Shown: positions 24,943 through 34,568 of the stretch, piece by piece
Position numbering within the stretch: the first letter of the stretch is position 1
How the letters are laid out: each line of letters begins with the position of its first letter
DNA from: a virus
Lineage: Duplodnaviria; Caudoviricetes
Length of the DNA stretch: 55,180 bases
Virus record (IMG/VR): IMGVR_UViG_3300036845_000183
Location: 1-55,180 of that record
Strand: one strand, 5' to 3'
Made by a program: the position numbers and the translations under genes
The notes under the pieces: generated by a model
Told to the model about the DNA's origin: nothing
Databases searched by the model: none
What the model saw: only the letters and a program-made list of their open reading frames with translations

Positions 24943-25127
24943 GCAACGGGCTTCCGAACAAGGCAAAAGTCGGTATTCCCGGCAAGTCGGTCGAGATTTC
25001 GCCGGCCACCTACTTCGTCGCCAAGCGGATGGAAGACCGAGGCTTGCTCCGGCCGGGAACAGCGCTTATGCTAGCGGCGACCCTGCCGAACACCAAACCG
25101 GCACCGAAGAAAGGTAAGCGGCGATGA
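24939..25127 (+). CDS. Small basic protein
   Basis: ATGA coupling both ends. Confidence 0.65.
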   Translation: MSNGLPNKAKVGIPGKSVEISPATYFVAKRMEDRGLLRPGTALMLAATLPNTKPAPKKGKRR

Positions 25128-25453
25128 CCCGATTCGTCGGACACAAGACGGGCTTCAACACCACTGGCAGCAACGATTGCTGCCCGAACGAAATGGGGCC
25201 GCCCAGCACGAAGTTCGGCGGCCGACCTGCCGTGCCTGCCGGGCCGCTCAAGCGCTACCCAGGCGCCACGGCGGATATCAGCAACGGCAATCGCCGGCTC
25301 GCCAAGTCGAAGCACGGGGCCGGCGAGGGCGATGGCGTGGCCTTCAAGACGCATACGGCCTTCGGCTCGGGCGAGAAGGGTTCACCCAGCGGCCGGAAGC
25401 CCGGCGGCATGGGCGGCAAGCGCAGCCGGGACATGTCCGACAACAAGAAATAG
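25124..25453 (+). CDS. Gly/Lys-rich disordered basic protein
   Basis: ORF track, strong codon bias. Confidence 0.7.
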   Translation: MTRFVGHKTGFNTTGSNDCCPNEMGPPSTKFGGRPAVPAGPLKRYPGATADISNGNRRLAKSKHGAGEGDGVAFKTHTAFGSGEKGSPSGRKPGGMGGKRSRDMSDNKK

Positions 25454-25465
25454 CGGGAGGTTGTA

Positions 25466-25882
25466 ATATTTTACCGTCCAGGCGGCACCGCGAACGCGCC
25501 TAATCGTCAGTACGATTATGTATACGTCGATACCATCGGCGGCGCAACCGATTGGCTGCCCATCAACAAGGGCGACACGATCGCGGTGAACATCTGCCGC
25601 GCGTCGATCGCGTTTACGACGCCGGCCGCCAGCAAGGTCACGAAGTCACCCGTTGCCTACGAAGCGCTGATCTTGCTGGAAATGAAAATGTTCGGTGGCG
25701 ACAGTGATTCGGAAGCATGGCCCATCGACAACTGGTCCAATGTCGTTGTTGCCACGGACCGCCGCGCGCATCGCGCCGGCTGGGTGCGGCTGCGGCTCGT
25801 CAACGTCAACAACGCTGACGGTACGGGTGTAGCCATGGCGCTGCAAATCAGTCGGACGGGGGAATCAGGTGCAGTCACGTAA
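25466..25882 (+). CDS. Putative virion beta-sandwich protein, apparent ATA start
   Basis: GGGAGG-TTGTA-ATA; frame open for 40 codons upstream of the first GTG (25586). Confidence 0.65.
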   Translation: MFYRPGGTANAPNRQYDYVYVDTIGGATDWLPINKGDTIAVNICRASIAFTTPAASKVTKSPVAYEALILLEMKMFGGDSDSEAWPIDNWSNVVVATDRRAHRAGWVRLRLVNVNNADGTGVAMALQISRTGESGAVT

Positions 25883-26015
25883 GCCAACTATTGAAAATCT
25901 GGCGGCTGAACTTGACCGCGCAATGGCGACGTTCAATCGCATTACTTTCTGGGTTGTAGTCGGCGGGCTGGCGTCCATGGCCGTCTTGGGAGCCCTGTGG
26001 TATGGCGGGTTTTGA
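25869..26015 (+). CDS. Small single-TM protein
   Basis: Translated by hand; GGGGGA SD. Confidence 0.45.
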   Translation: MQSRKPTIENLAAELDRAMATFNRITFWVVVGGLASMAVLGALWYGGF

Positions 26016-26016
26016 G

Positions 26017-26178
26017 ATGAATGAGCAGTACATCCGCGGCTGCATGAAGTCGCTTGGCGGCGCGATTGATAGTCAAGAAGAAAAAATCGCGCTGGCGGCT
26101 GCGCTGGAATTGTTGACGATCGTGATCGTCGATTTACACCGTATTGCCAACGCGCTGGAGAAACACCACGGGAACTAA
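26017..26178 (+). CDS. Small hypothetical protein
   Basis: Translated by hand; fills gap. Confidence 0.5.
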   Translation: MNEQYIRGCMKSLGGAIDSQEEKIALAAALELLTIVIVDLHRIANALEKHHGN

Positions 26179-26180
26179 CC

Positions 26181-26819
26181 ATGGCAGGCTTCGACAACGG
26201 CACGGCGCAGAGCGGTATTTTCAGCCAGGTCAAGCAATTTGGCCCGATCTTGCGCGGCTTCGGCCCACCAGTGCCGCAGGCCGGCGTCGTTGGTGACGTC
26301 TACATCGATACGCAGACTTGGTTCCTCTACACCAAGCGTTCGCCGGATGCCGGCGGTGACGTAGACCCGTGGGGGCATTACCTCTTTCAGGTGCCGGCGA
26401 CCTACCGTACGGCGCTGAAGTGGTTCACGGTCAGCCAGCCGACCGACGATATCGGCCTCACGGGTGACTACGCGCTGCTGTGGGGTGGCTATTCGAACTA
26501 CGGCCTCCAGCCCTCGATCTACGGTCCCAAGCAGCTCACGGGCTGGCCTGAGAACGGCAACGGCCCCAACGTGCCGATCGCGACGGCCGGCGCCGGTACG
26601 GTGCTTCAGATCGGCCTGGTGGACGAAGGCGCTGCGCTGCCCGACAGCGCGAGCACGCAGCTCATCGTCGTCGGGCTGGTGGACGAATACATTCTTGGCG
26701 TTCCGGTTACGGCAGCCGCCGGCAGCCCGGTAGTTCAGACCGGATTGCGATCAGGACCGGCGCAGGTTGCTGTCGTGCTCAACCCCCTATACACATCCGA
26801 AGATACCCACGCAGTCTAG
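26181..26819 (+). CDS. Tail adaptor-like protein A (G..GD.Y/..YGPK modules)
   Basis: GVVGDVYID, GLTGDY, IYGPK; paralogue of the next gene. Confidence 0.75.
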   Translation: MAGFDNGTAQSGIFSQVKQFGPILRGFGPPVPQAGVVGDVYIDTQTWFLYTKRSPDAGGDVDPWGHYLFQVPATYRTALKWFTVSQPTDDIGLTGDYALLWGGYSNYGLQPSIYGPKQLTGWPENGNGPNVPIATAGAGTVLQIGLVDEGAALPDSASTQLIVVGLVDEYILGVPVTAAAGSPVVQTGLRSGPAQVAVVLNPLYTSEDTHAV

Positions 26820-26828
26820 GAGGCGGCC

Positions 26829-27266
26829 ATTTCAGGGTTCGACAACGGCACGCTTCAGGGTGGGATCTTCGCGCAGGCGAAGCAGTTCGGTTCCGTATTG
26901 CGCGGGCTCGGGCCGCCCGTGCCGCAGGCTGGCGTGGTCGGCGACCTGTATCTGGATTCGCAGACCCGGTTCCTGTATCTGAAGCGTTCGCCCGATGCGG
27001 GTGGCGATGTCGATCCATGGGGGCACTACCTGTTTCAGGTGCCTCTGACCTATGCTGCAACGCTGAAGTGGTTCAGCGCCTCCGCACCGACAAATGATGT
27101 CGGCGTTGATGGCGACTATGCGTTGCTTTGGGGCGGATACCCGAATTACGGGCTCCAGCCCTCAATTTTCGGCCCGCGGGCGCTGGGCGTCTGGCCGTCC
27201 AGCCCGGTGAACGTCGCCGTGACCTTGAATCCTCTGTACACTTCGGAGGATAGCCACGCGCTATGA
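26829..27266 (+). CDS. Tail adaptor-like protein B, paralogue of A, apparent ATT start
   Basis: AGGAGG-CGGCC-ATT TCA GGG TTC GAC AAC aligns codon for codon with ATG GCA GGC TTC GAC AAC at 26181. Confidence 0.8.
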   Translation: MSGFDNGTLQGGIFAQAKQFGSVLRGLGPPVPQAGVVGDLYLDSQTRFLYLKRSPDAGGDVDPWGHYLFQVPLTYAATLKWFSASAPTNDVGVDGDYALLWGGYPNYGLQPSIFGPRALGVWPSSPVNVAVTLNPLYTSEDSHAL

Positions 27267-28570
27267 GCTACAATTCCACCACAGATTTTTTGGGCCTTTG
27301 GCGGAATAACGCCGGCCAAGTCTCAAAAGTCGAGATGCCCGGCCTGGACTACATCGTGGCCGCGCTGGCGCGCGCCGGCCTCCTTGTGGTGTCGGTCTCG
27401 GCGACGGCGCCCGTCGCCAACCAGCCGACCACGGCTTGGCTGCAAACCGCCGTCCCGAGCTTTTCGGGCGAAGGTGTCTTCCAGCTCTGGAACCAAGATA
27501 CCGCTTCATATGCTCCGGCCACGCCCGAGCTGTTCATGGACTTCCTGCAAGCATCGGCGGGTGAGAGCGGCATATCGTGGTGGACGACCACGGGGCCGCC
27601 AATCAACACTCTCGGTCAAAACGGTGACTTGGCGATCCGCCTGGATCTCCCGAACGGCATTTACGGCCCCAAGACCGCAGGTGCTTGGCCGACCACGCCG
27701 ATATCGGGTACTGTAGCAGGATTGACGAGCGCGGAGTTCGACGGCCTGTTTGGCTCCACTCCGGGGCAGTTGATTTACCGCGGCGCTTCTGCTTGGCAGT
27801 CGCTTCCGGTCGGAGGGGGCAATAATACAGTTCTTGCGTCCCCCTTCGGCACCCTACCCGTGTGGGAGAGCTTCTATACATTGCTTGATAATTTGATAAG
27901 CAGTGCGCAGGGCTCCATAATGTTCAGGGGTTCTGCCATATGGCAGCCGCTGCCACCCGGCAGCACTGCAAATCAGTTGTTAGTTACAGGTGGCGCAGGC
28001 GCTAATCCGGCATGGGAAAATCTATCGACGCTTTTCGATGCGACTTTCGGAGGATCCGCACAGGGTAGCATTCTGTATCGTAATGCCAGTGTTTGGGCTC
28101 AACTAGCACCTGGCACCGCAGGCCAACTTCTGACCACGGGTGGCGCAGGCACGAATCCGGCATGGGCTAACTCTCCCAATCAATTTCCATCCGGCACTGT
28201 CATGCTATTCCAGCAGTCAGCCGCACCCACGGGATGGACGAAGTTAGTTGCAGTTAACGACGTAGGACTTCGTATCGTAAGTGGGTCCGTTACTGCGGTA
28301 GGCGGGGTGGCATTCAGCACGGTGTTTGCGCAGACTGCGGTAGGCAATACGACGTTGTCGGTCTCGCAGATCCCTGCACATACTCACCAAGTGGTGGCCA
28401 GCCCCGGCGTCAATGGAACGACGTATGCACCTAACACAGGTGCTAACCAAGGCGCCTCTCCTGCTTCATCCATCACCAGCGACGGCGGTACGGGCGGTGC
28501 GGGTGCTCATGCGCACGCCGTAACTCTAAACTTGTCCTACATCGACGTGATCATGGCGAGTAAAACTTGA
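27263..28570 (+). CDS. Tail fibre 1 with internal repeats and collar-like C-terminal domain
   Basis: Shared MSY...MPGLD anchor; three G.I.(Y/F)R....W..L repeats; FPSGTVMLFQQSAAPTGW, H.H motifs. Confidence 0.85.
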   Translation: MSYNSTTDFLGLWRNNAGQVSKVEMPGLDYIVAALARAGLLVVSVSATAPVANQPTTAWLQTAVPSFSGEGVFQLWNQDTASYAPATPELFMDFLQASAGESGISWWTTTGPPINTLGQNGDLAIRLDLPNGIYGPKTAGAWPTTPISGTVAGLTSAEFDGLFGSTPGQLIYRGASAWQSLPVGGGNNTVLASPFGTLPVWESFYTLLDNLISSAQGSIMFRGSAIWQPLPPGSTANQLLVTGGAGANPAWENLSTLFDATFGGSAQGSILYRNASVWAQLAPGTAGQLLTTGGAGTNPAWANSPNQFPSGTVMLFQQSAAPTGWTKLVAVNDVGLRIVSGSVTAVGGVAFSTVFAQTAVGNTTLSVSQIPAHTHQVVASPGVNGTTYAPNTGANQGASPASSITSDGGTGGAGAHAHAVTLNLSYIDVIMASKT

Positions 28571-30549
28571 TGTCCTATAGCCCGACGACTGATTTTTTCG
28601 CTCTCGTACGCCAGACTTCGGGCGGCGAAGAATTTGCGAGCATGCCGGGCCTCGATATGGTCGTGGCCGCGCTCATGCGCGCCGGCTTGGTTACCTTGGT
28701 GGTCGGGCAGACGGCGCCGATCGTAAATCAGCCAAGTACGGCATGGTTCAAGCCCTCGGTGCCTTCGTGGGTTGCGGAAGGTGTGCTGTTCCTATGGAAT
28801 ACGACCACGCAGCAGTACGAGACTGCGACGCCGCAGCTATGGACCAACATCCTCACGCTGCATGCGTCGTTCGTCGCCGCGGCTGCCACGAGCGATCCGT
28901 TATCCGTCAAGGCAACGGGTGCTCTGGGCGACGGCGTCACGGACGACACCTTTGCCATTCAGACGGCGTTGAATACGTCGAAAAATGTGTTTGTTCCTGT
29001 CGGTACCTACATCGTGTCGGCTACGCTGCAGATGCAGCCGGCCGGAGCAATTCGCGGCTCAAACAGGGACACCGTTCAGATACGGCGCTCGACGGCGTAC
29101 GGTCCTACACTGCAGTGTGGCAGCACTGTGATAGGCGTCAACGCGGGCTCCTGCACTGTCGAGAACTTGTGGTTTTTCCAAGTTACGCAATTCAACAACG
29201 GCCCGAGTTACGTCGCGGGAGTGTCGACGGTCATCCTCAACAAAGAAACGAACCCGCACGTTGCGATTTACAAAGGGCAGAATGTTTTGCTCAACGGTCT
29301 CCGGGCAACCGGTGCCGGCGGCATCAGCATATATGGTTGCACCGCCGCATTTTGCGACAGCCTGTTTGTTAACGGTTGCTGGGATGACAACCAAGTTGGG
29401 CTGCAAGAGTGCTTCGCCAACATCGGCTTTTACCAGTTCACGGATGCCAACAATAACGTTTCGTTCAACACAGAGTGCCGCGTTCGCAGGTGCTATTTGG
29501 GCGGCTTCGGCCACACGCCAAATCAGAATGTGACGATAGGCAACGTGGTCATTTCGTTGCCGGGCAACTTCGGCTCGGCTTCCGGCATTTACTGCAACGC
29601 TTCCGAGGGTTTTGAGGTCCACGACAGTTACATCGGCGGCAACAACCGCAACAACATCATGCTGGACCGACAAGGCATCTTCGGCTTGGTCCGCATCCAC
29701 CATAATTTCTTCGACAGCGCTCGCACAGGCTCCATAAAAATTCAAGCCAGTGCAGCGGGCGGCGGCCCCAGCATTGTTGAGATTGACCACAACGTCTCCC
29801 AGGGTTATGGCTTCGATCAGAGTTTCTTAGTTGTTGCTGATCTCGGTATCGGCGAGCCGGCTTGCGCCAATTTGGACATCAGCAATAACATCGGCCAAGG
29901 GTACAACCAGTGCGCCGTAAGCCTGAGCGGTGTGCGCGGCTTCTCGCACAGCAACAACCAGTGGCGCGACTACAACAAATGGGGCAACACGAACAACGAT
30001 CCGGCTATCAACTCGGGCCTGTACGCCCTCAACTGCACCATGGGAGACAGTTCGAACAACTGCTACGGCGGCGGCACCAACGATCCGTCCGGCGCCAATA
30101 CTTGCCAGTACGGAAGTACGTTCGTCAACCCTACCACTTGCACGGCTTCGCACGAGAACGGCCAAAACTTAGGTTTAATTGTTTTGGGTTTGTCGGGTTA
30201 CGAAAGCAATCTTGACCAGTGGATTGCTTACACCCCGACCGTTTCGTCACAGACAGGCGCCTACGGAGCTGCTTCGGCAACGGGCTTCTACCGGGTGGAC
30301 AGCAACACGGTTCACGTTCACTACCACGTAACAGTTACGGGCGTAGGCACTGCGACAACGGCGTCACTCATAACGCTACCCCTGACGGCTGTCGTACCCG
30401 TGCAGACGGGCTCGGCGCGCGACGAAACGGCTGGCTTCCAGTTGATTTCTTACTGTTCAGACCAAGTGCATCTGTTTCATCAGAAATACGATGCAACATT
30501 TCCGCCTGGCAGTTACAGCGGCAGTTTCACGTATGAAAAGATAAGCTAG
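28570..30549 (+). CDS. Tailspike with right-handed beta-helix (pectate-lyase-3-like depolymerase)
   Basis: SVKATGALGDGVTDDTFAIQTALN...VFVP.GTY; Asn-rich rungs. Confidence 0.88.
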   Translation: MSYSPTTDFFALVRQTSGGEEFASMPGLDMVVAALMRAGLVTLVVGQTAPIVNQPSTAWFKPSVPSWVAEGVLFLWNTTTQQYETATPQLWTNILTLHASFVAAAATSDPLSVKATGALGDGVTDDTFAIQTALNTSKNVFVPVGTYIVSATLQMQPAGAIRGSNRDTVQIRRSTAYGPTLQCGSTVIGVNAGSCTVENLWFFQVTQFNNGPSYVAGVSTVILNKETNPHVAIYKGQNVLLNGLRATGAGGISIYGCTAAFCDSLFVNGCWDDNQVGLQECFANIGFYQFTDANNNVSFNTECRVRRCYLGGFGHTPNQNVTIGNVVISLPGNFGSASGIYCNASEGFEVHDSYIGGNNRNNIMLDRQGIFGLVRIHHNFFDSARTGSIKIQASAAGGGPSIVEIDHNVSQGYGFDQSFLVVADLGIGEPACANLDISNNIGQGYNQCAVSLSGVRGFSHSNNQWRDYNKWGNTNNDPAINSGLYALNCTMGDSSNNCYGGGTNDPSGANTCQYGSTFVNPTTCTASHENGQNLGLIVLGLSGYESNLDQWIAYTPTVSSQTGAYGAASATGFYRVDSNTVHVHYHVTVTGVGTATTASLITLPLTAVVPVQTGSARDETAGFQLISYCSDQVHLFHQKYDATFPPGSYSGSFTYEKIS

Positions 30550-31764
30550 ATGAGCTATTCACCCACTTCTGACTTGCTGGCTTTGCTGCGGCAGACGCCG
30601 GGCGGCATGCGTTCGATACGTATGCCCGGCTTGGACTGGCTTATTTCCGGCATGTCGCGCGCGAACATTTTCAATCTGTGGGTGGCGCAAACGCCGCCAC
30701 CGGTTGCTGCGCTGTCGACAGTGTGGTTCAAGACCGCATTTCCAAACTCGGGAGCCGCCGAAGGTAAGGCCTTCATCTATAACGTCGCTGCAGCACAGTA
30801 CCAGCAAGCCACCCCGCAGCTATGGACTTCCGTTTTTACGAGCGGGTCAATCGACGCAGGCAGCATCACAACCGGCACGCTGAGCCCCGCCAGACTGCCC
30901 GCTTTCGGTTCGGGCGACGTGTCTTTCGCGGCAGCCGGCGGCGCCGGTACGATTGCCATGTCGGCGGTTACGTACGCCAAGATGCAGCTTGAAGGTGCGT
31001 CGTCGCTTTTGGGAAATCCGACAGGCGCACCGGCTACGATCAGCGAAGTTACCTTGGATGGTAGCTTTCTTACTTTCAGCGGCACCAACATCACGCTGGT
31101 AGCGCACGGCATCACATACGGCAAAATACAGAACGTCGCAGCGTCGTCGCTGCTTGGCAACCCGACTGGTGCACCAGCCACGGTTAGCGAAATCACTCTG
31201 GACGCCAGTTTTCTTACGTTCAGCGCCAGCGTCATCACTCTCGTAACGAACGGGGTTACGAATGCCAAGCTGGCGCAGATGGCCACTAAGACCCTCAAAG
31301 GAAACAACACGGGCGGCACTGCAAACGCTGCTGATTTGACGGTATCTCAGGTAAACGCAATGTTAGGCGTTGCGCAAACGCCGGGGCAGGTTTTTCTAAC
31401 GGGTAGCGATGTCGCTCTGAACAACACAGCGAACTATTTCGATGTCATCAACACTGGATCGATCGGCGCTTCAGGCCAAGTGTGGAAAATTACGGCTTAC
31501 GCCTGCGCAGCAGATACCGTTTCCGCAAAGATTAACGTCAGGATATGGGACGGCACCACCGTCTATGCCGAGTCATCGTCATTTGTCGGCGGCGGTAGCT
31601 TCACCAACACAATTCCCGTCATCGCTATCGTGTCGCTTTCGGCCGCTACGACTTTCAAGCTTTCCGCCAAGGACGTTACCTCTACTGGTGGGCTCATACA
31701 GGCTACCGGATTTGCCGGTACCGCCAACAAAGCAACCTGCATCATCGCAGAGAGGATTTCGTGA
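30550..31764 (+). CDS. Tail fibre 3
   Basis: Shared anchor; ITTGTLSPARLP; repeated (V/I)T.(A/G)K.Q...SLLGNPTG. Confidence 0.85.
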   Translation: MSYSPTSDLLALLRQTPGGMRSIRMPGLDWLISGMSRANIFNLWVAQTPPPVAALSTVWFKTAFPNSGAAEGKAFIYNVAAAQYQQATPQLWTSVFTSGSIDAGSITTGTLSPARLPAFGSGDVSFAAAGGAGTIAMSAVTYAKMQLEGASSLLGNPTGAPATISEVTLDGSFLTFSGTNITLVAHGITYGKIQNVAASSLLGNPTGAPATVSEITLDASFLTFSASVITLVTNGVTNAKLAQMATKTLKGNNTGGTANAADLTVSQVNAMLGVAQTPGQVFLTGSDVALNNTANYFDVINTGSIGASGQVWKITAYACAADTVSAKINVRIWDGTTVYAESSSFVGGGSFTNTIPVIAIVSLSAATTFKLSAKDVTSTGGLIQATGFAGTANKATCIIAERIS

Positions 31765-32342
31765 TGGTTGATTTGCATCAGTTGACCACCTCAAATGCAG
31801 TTCGTTGGGGCGCAGCTCATGTCCACCCCGATCTCATCCCGCTGCTTGACCGCGTGGCGTGGCGTTTGGCGGGCGCAAAGACTCGGTACCAGACAGTAGA
31901 AGCCAAGACCGGCATTCCGTGGGCCGTCATCGCCGTAATTCACGAGCGCGAGTCATCGCAGAGCTGGCTGGCTTCGTTGGCGCAGGGCGACCCGTGGAAC
32001 CGGGTATCGATCCACGTTCCGGCGCATCGGGGGCCTTTCACGTCGTGGGAGGCAGCCGCGGAGGACGCCCTAGTCATCTGCCCGCCGCATGCAGCCCATT
32101 GGACCGATTGGCGCATTGGCGGGGCGCTGTGCTTGCTGGAGCAGTACAACGGGCTCGGCTACGCTGCGCATGGCATGCCGTCGCCCTACGTGTGGGCATC
32201 CACCGACAGGTACCAGCGAGGCAAGTACACCGCAGACGGTCACTTCGATCCGAATGCAATAGACCATCAGCTTGGTTGCGCTGCACTCTTAATGCGAATG
32301 ACGTTGATTGACCCGTCGATCGCTGGAGAGTGGCACCCCTAG
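31764..32342 (+). CDS. Endolysin (COG5526-type lysozyme family)
   Basis: IPW.VIAVIHERES, QGDP, LEQYNGLGY, SPYVW, GKY.ADG.FDP. Confidence 0.85.
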   Translation: MVDLHQLTTSNAVRWGAAHVHPDLIPLLDRVAWRLAGAKTRYQTVEAKTGIPWAVIAVIHERESSQSWLASLAQGDPWNRVSIHVPAHRGPFTSWEAAAEDALVICPPHAAHWTDWRIGGALCLLEQYNGLGYAAHGMPSPYVWASTDRYQRGKYTADGHFDPNAIDHQLGCAALLMRMTLIDPSIAGEWHP

Positions 32343-32350
32343 GCTTGATC

Positions 32351-32380
32351 TGCCGTACTTGGTATGACATAAGTACGGCA
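32351..32380. promoter_or_regulatory. 10-bp inverted repeat whose loop carries GTATGACA
   Basis: TGCCGTACTT-GGTATGACAT-AAGTACGGCA. Confidence 0.55.
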
Positions 32381-32408
32381 TCGTCTCAAAACCTTGCAGG
32401 GGTACCCC

Positions 32409-32585
32409 ATGAACTGGAAAGACATTGCGCATTATGGCGCCGCCAGCCTCGCTATTCTGGTCGGCGGCGTGAGTGAACTCGGCATTTCGTTGCCTGGTAT
32501 CGTCGTCAGTGACCCGAAGATGACCATTACCATGGGCATCGGCATTCTGGTCGCCGGCCTCAAAGGCGGCTGGACGGCGCACTGA
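32409..32585 (+). CDS. Probable holin (2 TM)
   Basis: Small hydrophobic ORF next to the endolysin. Confidence 0.55.
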   Translation: MNWKDIAHYGAASLAILVGGVSELGISLPGIVVSDPKMTITMGIGILVAGLKGGWTAH

Positions 32586-32587
32586 AC

Positions 32588-34126
32588 GTGCTACCCTGGG
32601 AGACGCCTGCACCTACCAAAGAGGAAGTGCGGGCGAAGCTCCATGATTTCGATGTTTACCGTGAACGGTTTCTGCGGGTCCGACCGCGACAAGGCGGCGA
32701 CCGTATCCCCTTCGTTCTGAACGCCGCCCAACGCGTGCTGCATGGGAAAGTGGAGGCTGAACGGGCCGCCTTTGGGCTGGTGCGCTGCCTCATTCCCAAG
32801 GCGCGGCGGATGGGCGTCAGCACCTACATCGGCGGTCGCTACTTTCAACGCACCGCAACCGAGTACGGGCGCCGCGCCCAAGTTGTGGCGCACCGATCGG
32901 ACAGCGCTACCAACCTCCACCGTGAAATCAAAGAGTTCTATGAAGGGCTGCCACAATCCATCCGCCCCCATCTCGGCGCGTCGAACGCTCGGGAGTTGAT
33001 TTTTGACAAGCTGAAATCGCTCTACAAGGTTGGTTCGGCCGAAGGTGGCGACATCGGCCGTTCCGATGACTTTCACTTTCTGCACCTATCCGAGGCTGGG
33101 TTCTTCGACAACACGGAAGACTTGTCGTCCGGTTTGCTGCAGACGGTGCAGAACTTACCAGGCACTGAAATTGCCATGGAGAGCACTGGCAACGGGCAAT
33201 CCGGCATGTTCTACAACATGTGCGAGGAGGCGTACCGCCAGAACAACAAAGGACCGTGGCGGCTGCATTTCCTGCCGTGGTTGGTCATGCCCGAGTACCG
33301 CACCGAGGTTCCGTTTGGGTGGAAGGCGCCGCAGGATTTTGAGGATTACGCGCGGTTGCACGGCTGCGACCGCGAACAACTCTATTGGTTTTGGTTACAG
33401 AATTACACCATCGGAACCATGAATGGCGGGCAGCCCGAGAAGATCCACCCTCTTACCCGTCAGGAATACCCGGCCACGTATGCCGAGTGCTTCATGGCCG
33501 ACAGTACGATGGATTTCTTTCCGGCCTCCATGGTTGCCGCAGCGATGGCACGCAAGCCGGCGCCCTCCGCTGGAGCGCTGAAGTTGCTCTGCATAGACCC
33601 GGCTGGCGACGGCCAGGACAAGCCTTTCGTTTGCGATCGCCAGGGCTCTGCGATCGGAGCGCGTCTATGGGGCGAAATAACCAATCGAGATTACAACGTT
33701 CAAGCTGACTGGCTGGTGCAGCAATTCGACAATTTCAGCATGGACGCCATTTTGATCGACGTAACCGGCGGGTACGGAAAAGGACTGAAAGACGCCGTCC
33801 GCTTGCGGATGAAAAGCCGCGGTCCCGAGAAAGTGGTTGCGGTTGATTTTTCATTCGGGGCGCTGAATTCGATACAGTGCGGCAACCGGCGTGCGGAGCT
33901 CCACGACAAATTGCAGCGGTGGCTTCAGGGCGACGTGTCATTGCCGAATGACAAGCTGTTGCAAGAGGAAGCATCGGCCTACAAGTGGGGTACCAGCGGC
34001 TGTCACCGTGACGAAAAGGGCCGGCTGTTCATGACTCTCAAAGAGAAAATCAAGAAAGAACTGAAGCCCGTGCGGTCACCGGACAGATTGGACGCATGCG
34101 CGGTTTCTATGGCAGTAGACGGGTGA
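32588..34126 (+). CDS. terL: Terminase large subunit
   Basis: LNAAQ, KARRMGVST (Walker A), LHLSE (Walker B), ESTGNG, CIDPAG nuclease, NRRAE, SPDRLDA. Confidence 0.93.
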   Translation: MLPWETPAPTKEEVRAKLHDFDVYRERFLRVRPRQGGDRIPFVLNAAQRVLHGKVEAERAAFGLVRCLIPKARRMGVSTYIGGRYFQRTATEYGRRAQVVAHRSDSATNLHREIKEFYEGLPQSIRPHLGASNARELIFDKLKSLYKVGSAEGGDIGRSDDFHFLHLSEAGFFDNTEDLSSGLLQTVQNLPGTEIAMESTGNGQSGMFYNMCEEAYRQNNKGPWRLHFLPWLVMPEYRTEVPFGWKAPQDFEDYARLHGCDREQLYWFWLQNYTIGTMNGGQPEKIHPLTRQEYPATYAECFMADSTMDFFPASMVAAAMARKPAPSAGALKLLCIDPAGDGQDKPFVCDRQGSAIGARLWGEITNRDYNVQADWLVQQFDNFSMDAILIDVTGGYGKGLKDAVRLRMKSRGPEKVVAVDFSFGALNSIQCGNRRAELHDKLQRWLQGDVSLPNDKLLQEEASAYKWGTSGCHRDEKGRLFMTLKEKIKKELKPVRSPDRLDACAVSMAVDG

Positions 34127-34520
34127 CGCGCTTATAAAGCAGGCTGCCGCGCGTTGTTTCATACGCCGCTATGAGTTCTGATGCGATGATTTGCATCGCG
34201 TACGCTTCAAATTCGGAAGACGGTTCTTTCTCCCCAAGCGCTTCGCGGAGGTCTTGCCACACGTGGGCGCCTTCGTGAACTAACAGCGACATGATCGCCC
34301 GAGGCTCTGTCACGGAGGTGTTTATGGTGACCAGGGCGACGCGGCACTTGGTCACTTTCTGCTGAAATAATGAAGTACAGCCCCGATGCGTCGGGTAGTC
34401 ATCCTCCTGCATTTTGGAGGCTCGCATGTAGGTGCGCCACGCTTTTTCGCTGGGGCAGAAGCCGTATTTGTGTGGCAGCCGCCAGCTATCGCACCAGACT
34501 ATTTGGTCACGTCTTGACAT
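34107..34520 (-). CDS. Hypothetical protein with HExxH motif
   Basis: VHEGAHV...E.EAY. Confidence 0.7.
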   Translation of the reverse strand: MSRRDQIVWCDSWRLPHKYGFCPSEKAWRTYMRASKMQEDDYPTHRGCTSLFQQKVTKCRVALVTINTSVTEPRAIMSLLVHEGAHVWQDLREALGEKEPSSEFEAYAMQIIASELIAAYETTRGSLLYKRVTRLLP

Positions 34521-34568
34521 GCTCAGGTACTTACATTACTAGATTTTGTACGTCAACAGGAGCGCGTA

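Noticed and set aside
26181-27266. Diversity-generating retroelement template/variable repeat pair
   Set aside because: No reverse transcriptase in the window; differences are largely synonymous and not adenine-specific, so this is an ordinary gene duplication.
25451-30552. Genome-wide TAG reassignment (TAG is in frame with the next gene at 25451, 26817 and 30547)
   Set aside because: Other TAG stops (21843, 23951) are followed by out-of-frame genes, conserved genes are not interrupted by TAG, no suppressor tRNA is seen, and TAGGAGG plus a 5-nt spacer puts TAG in frame automatically.
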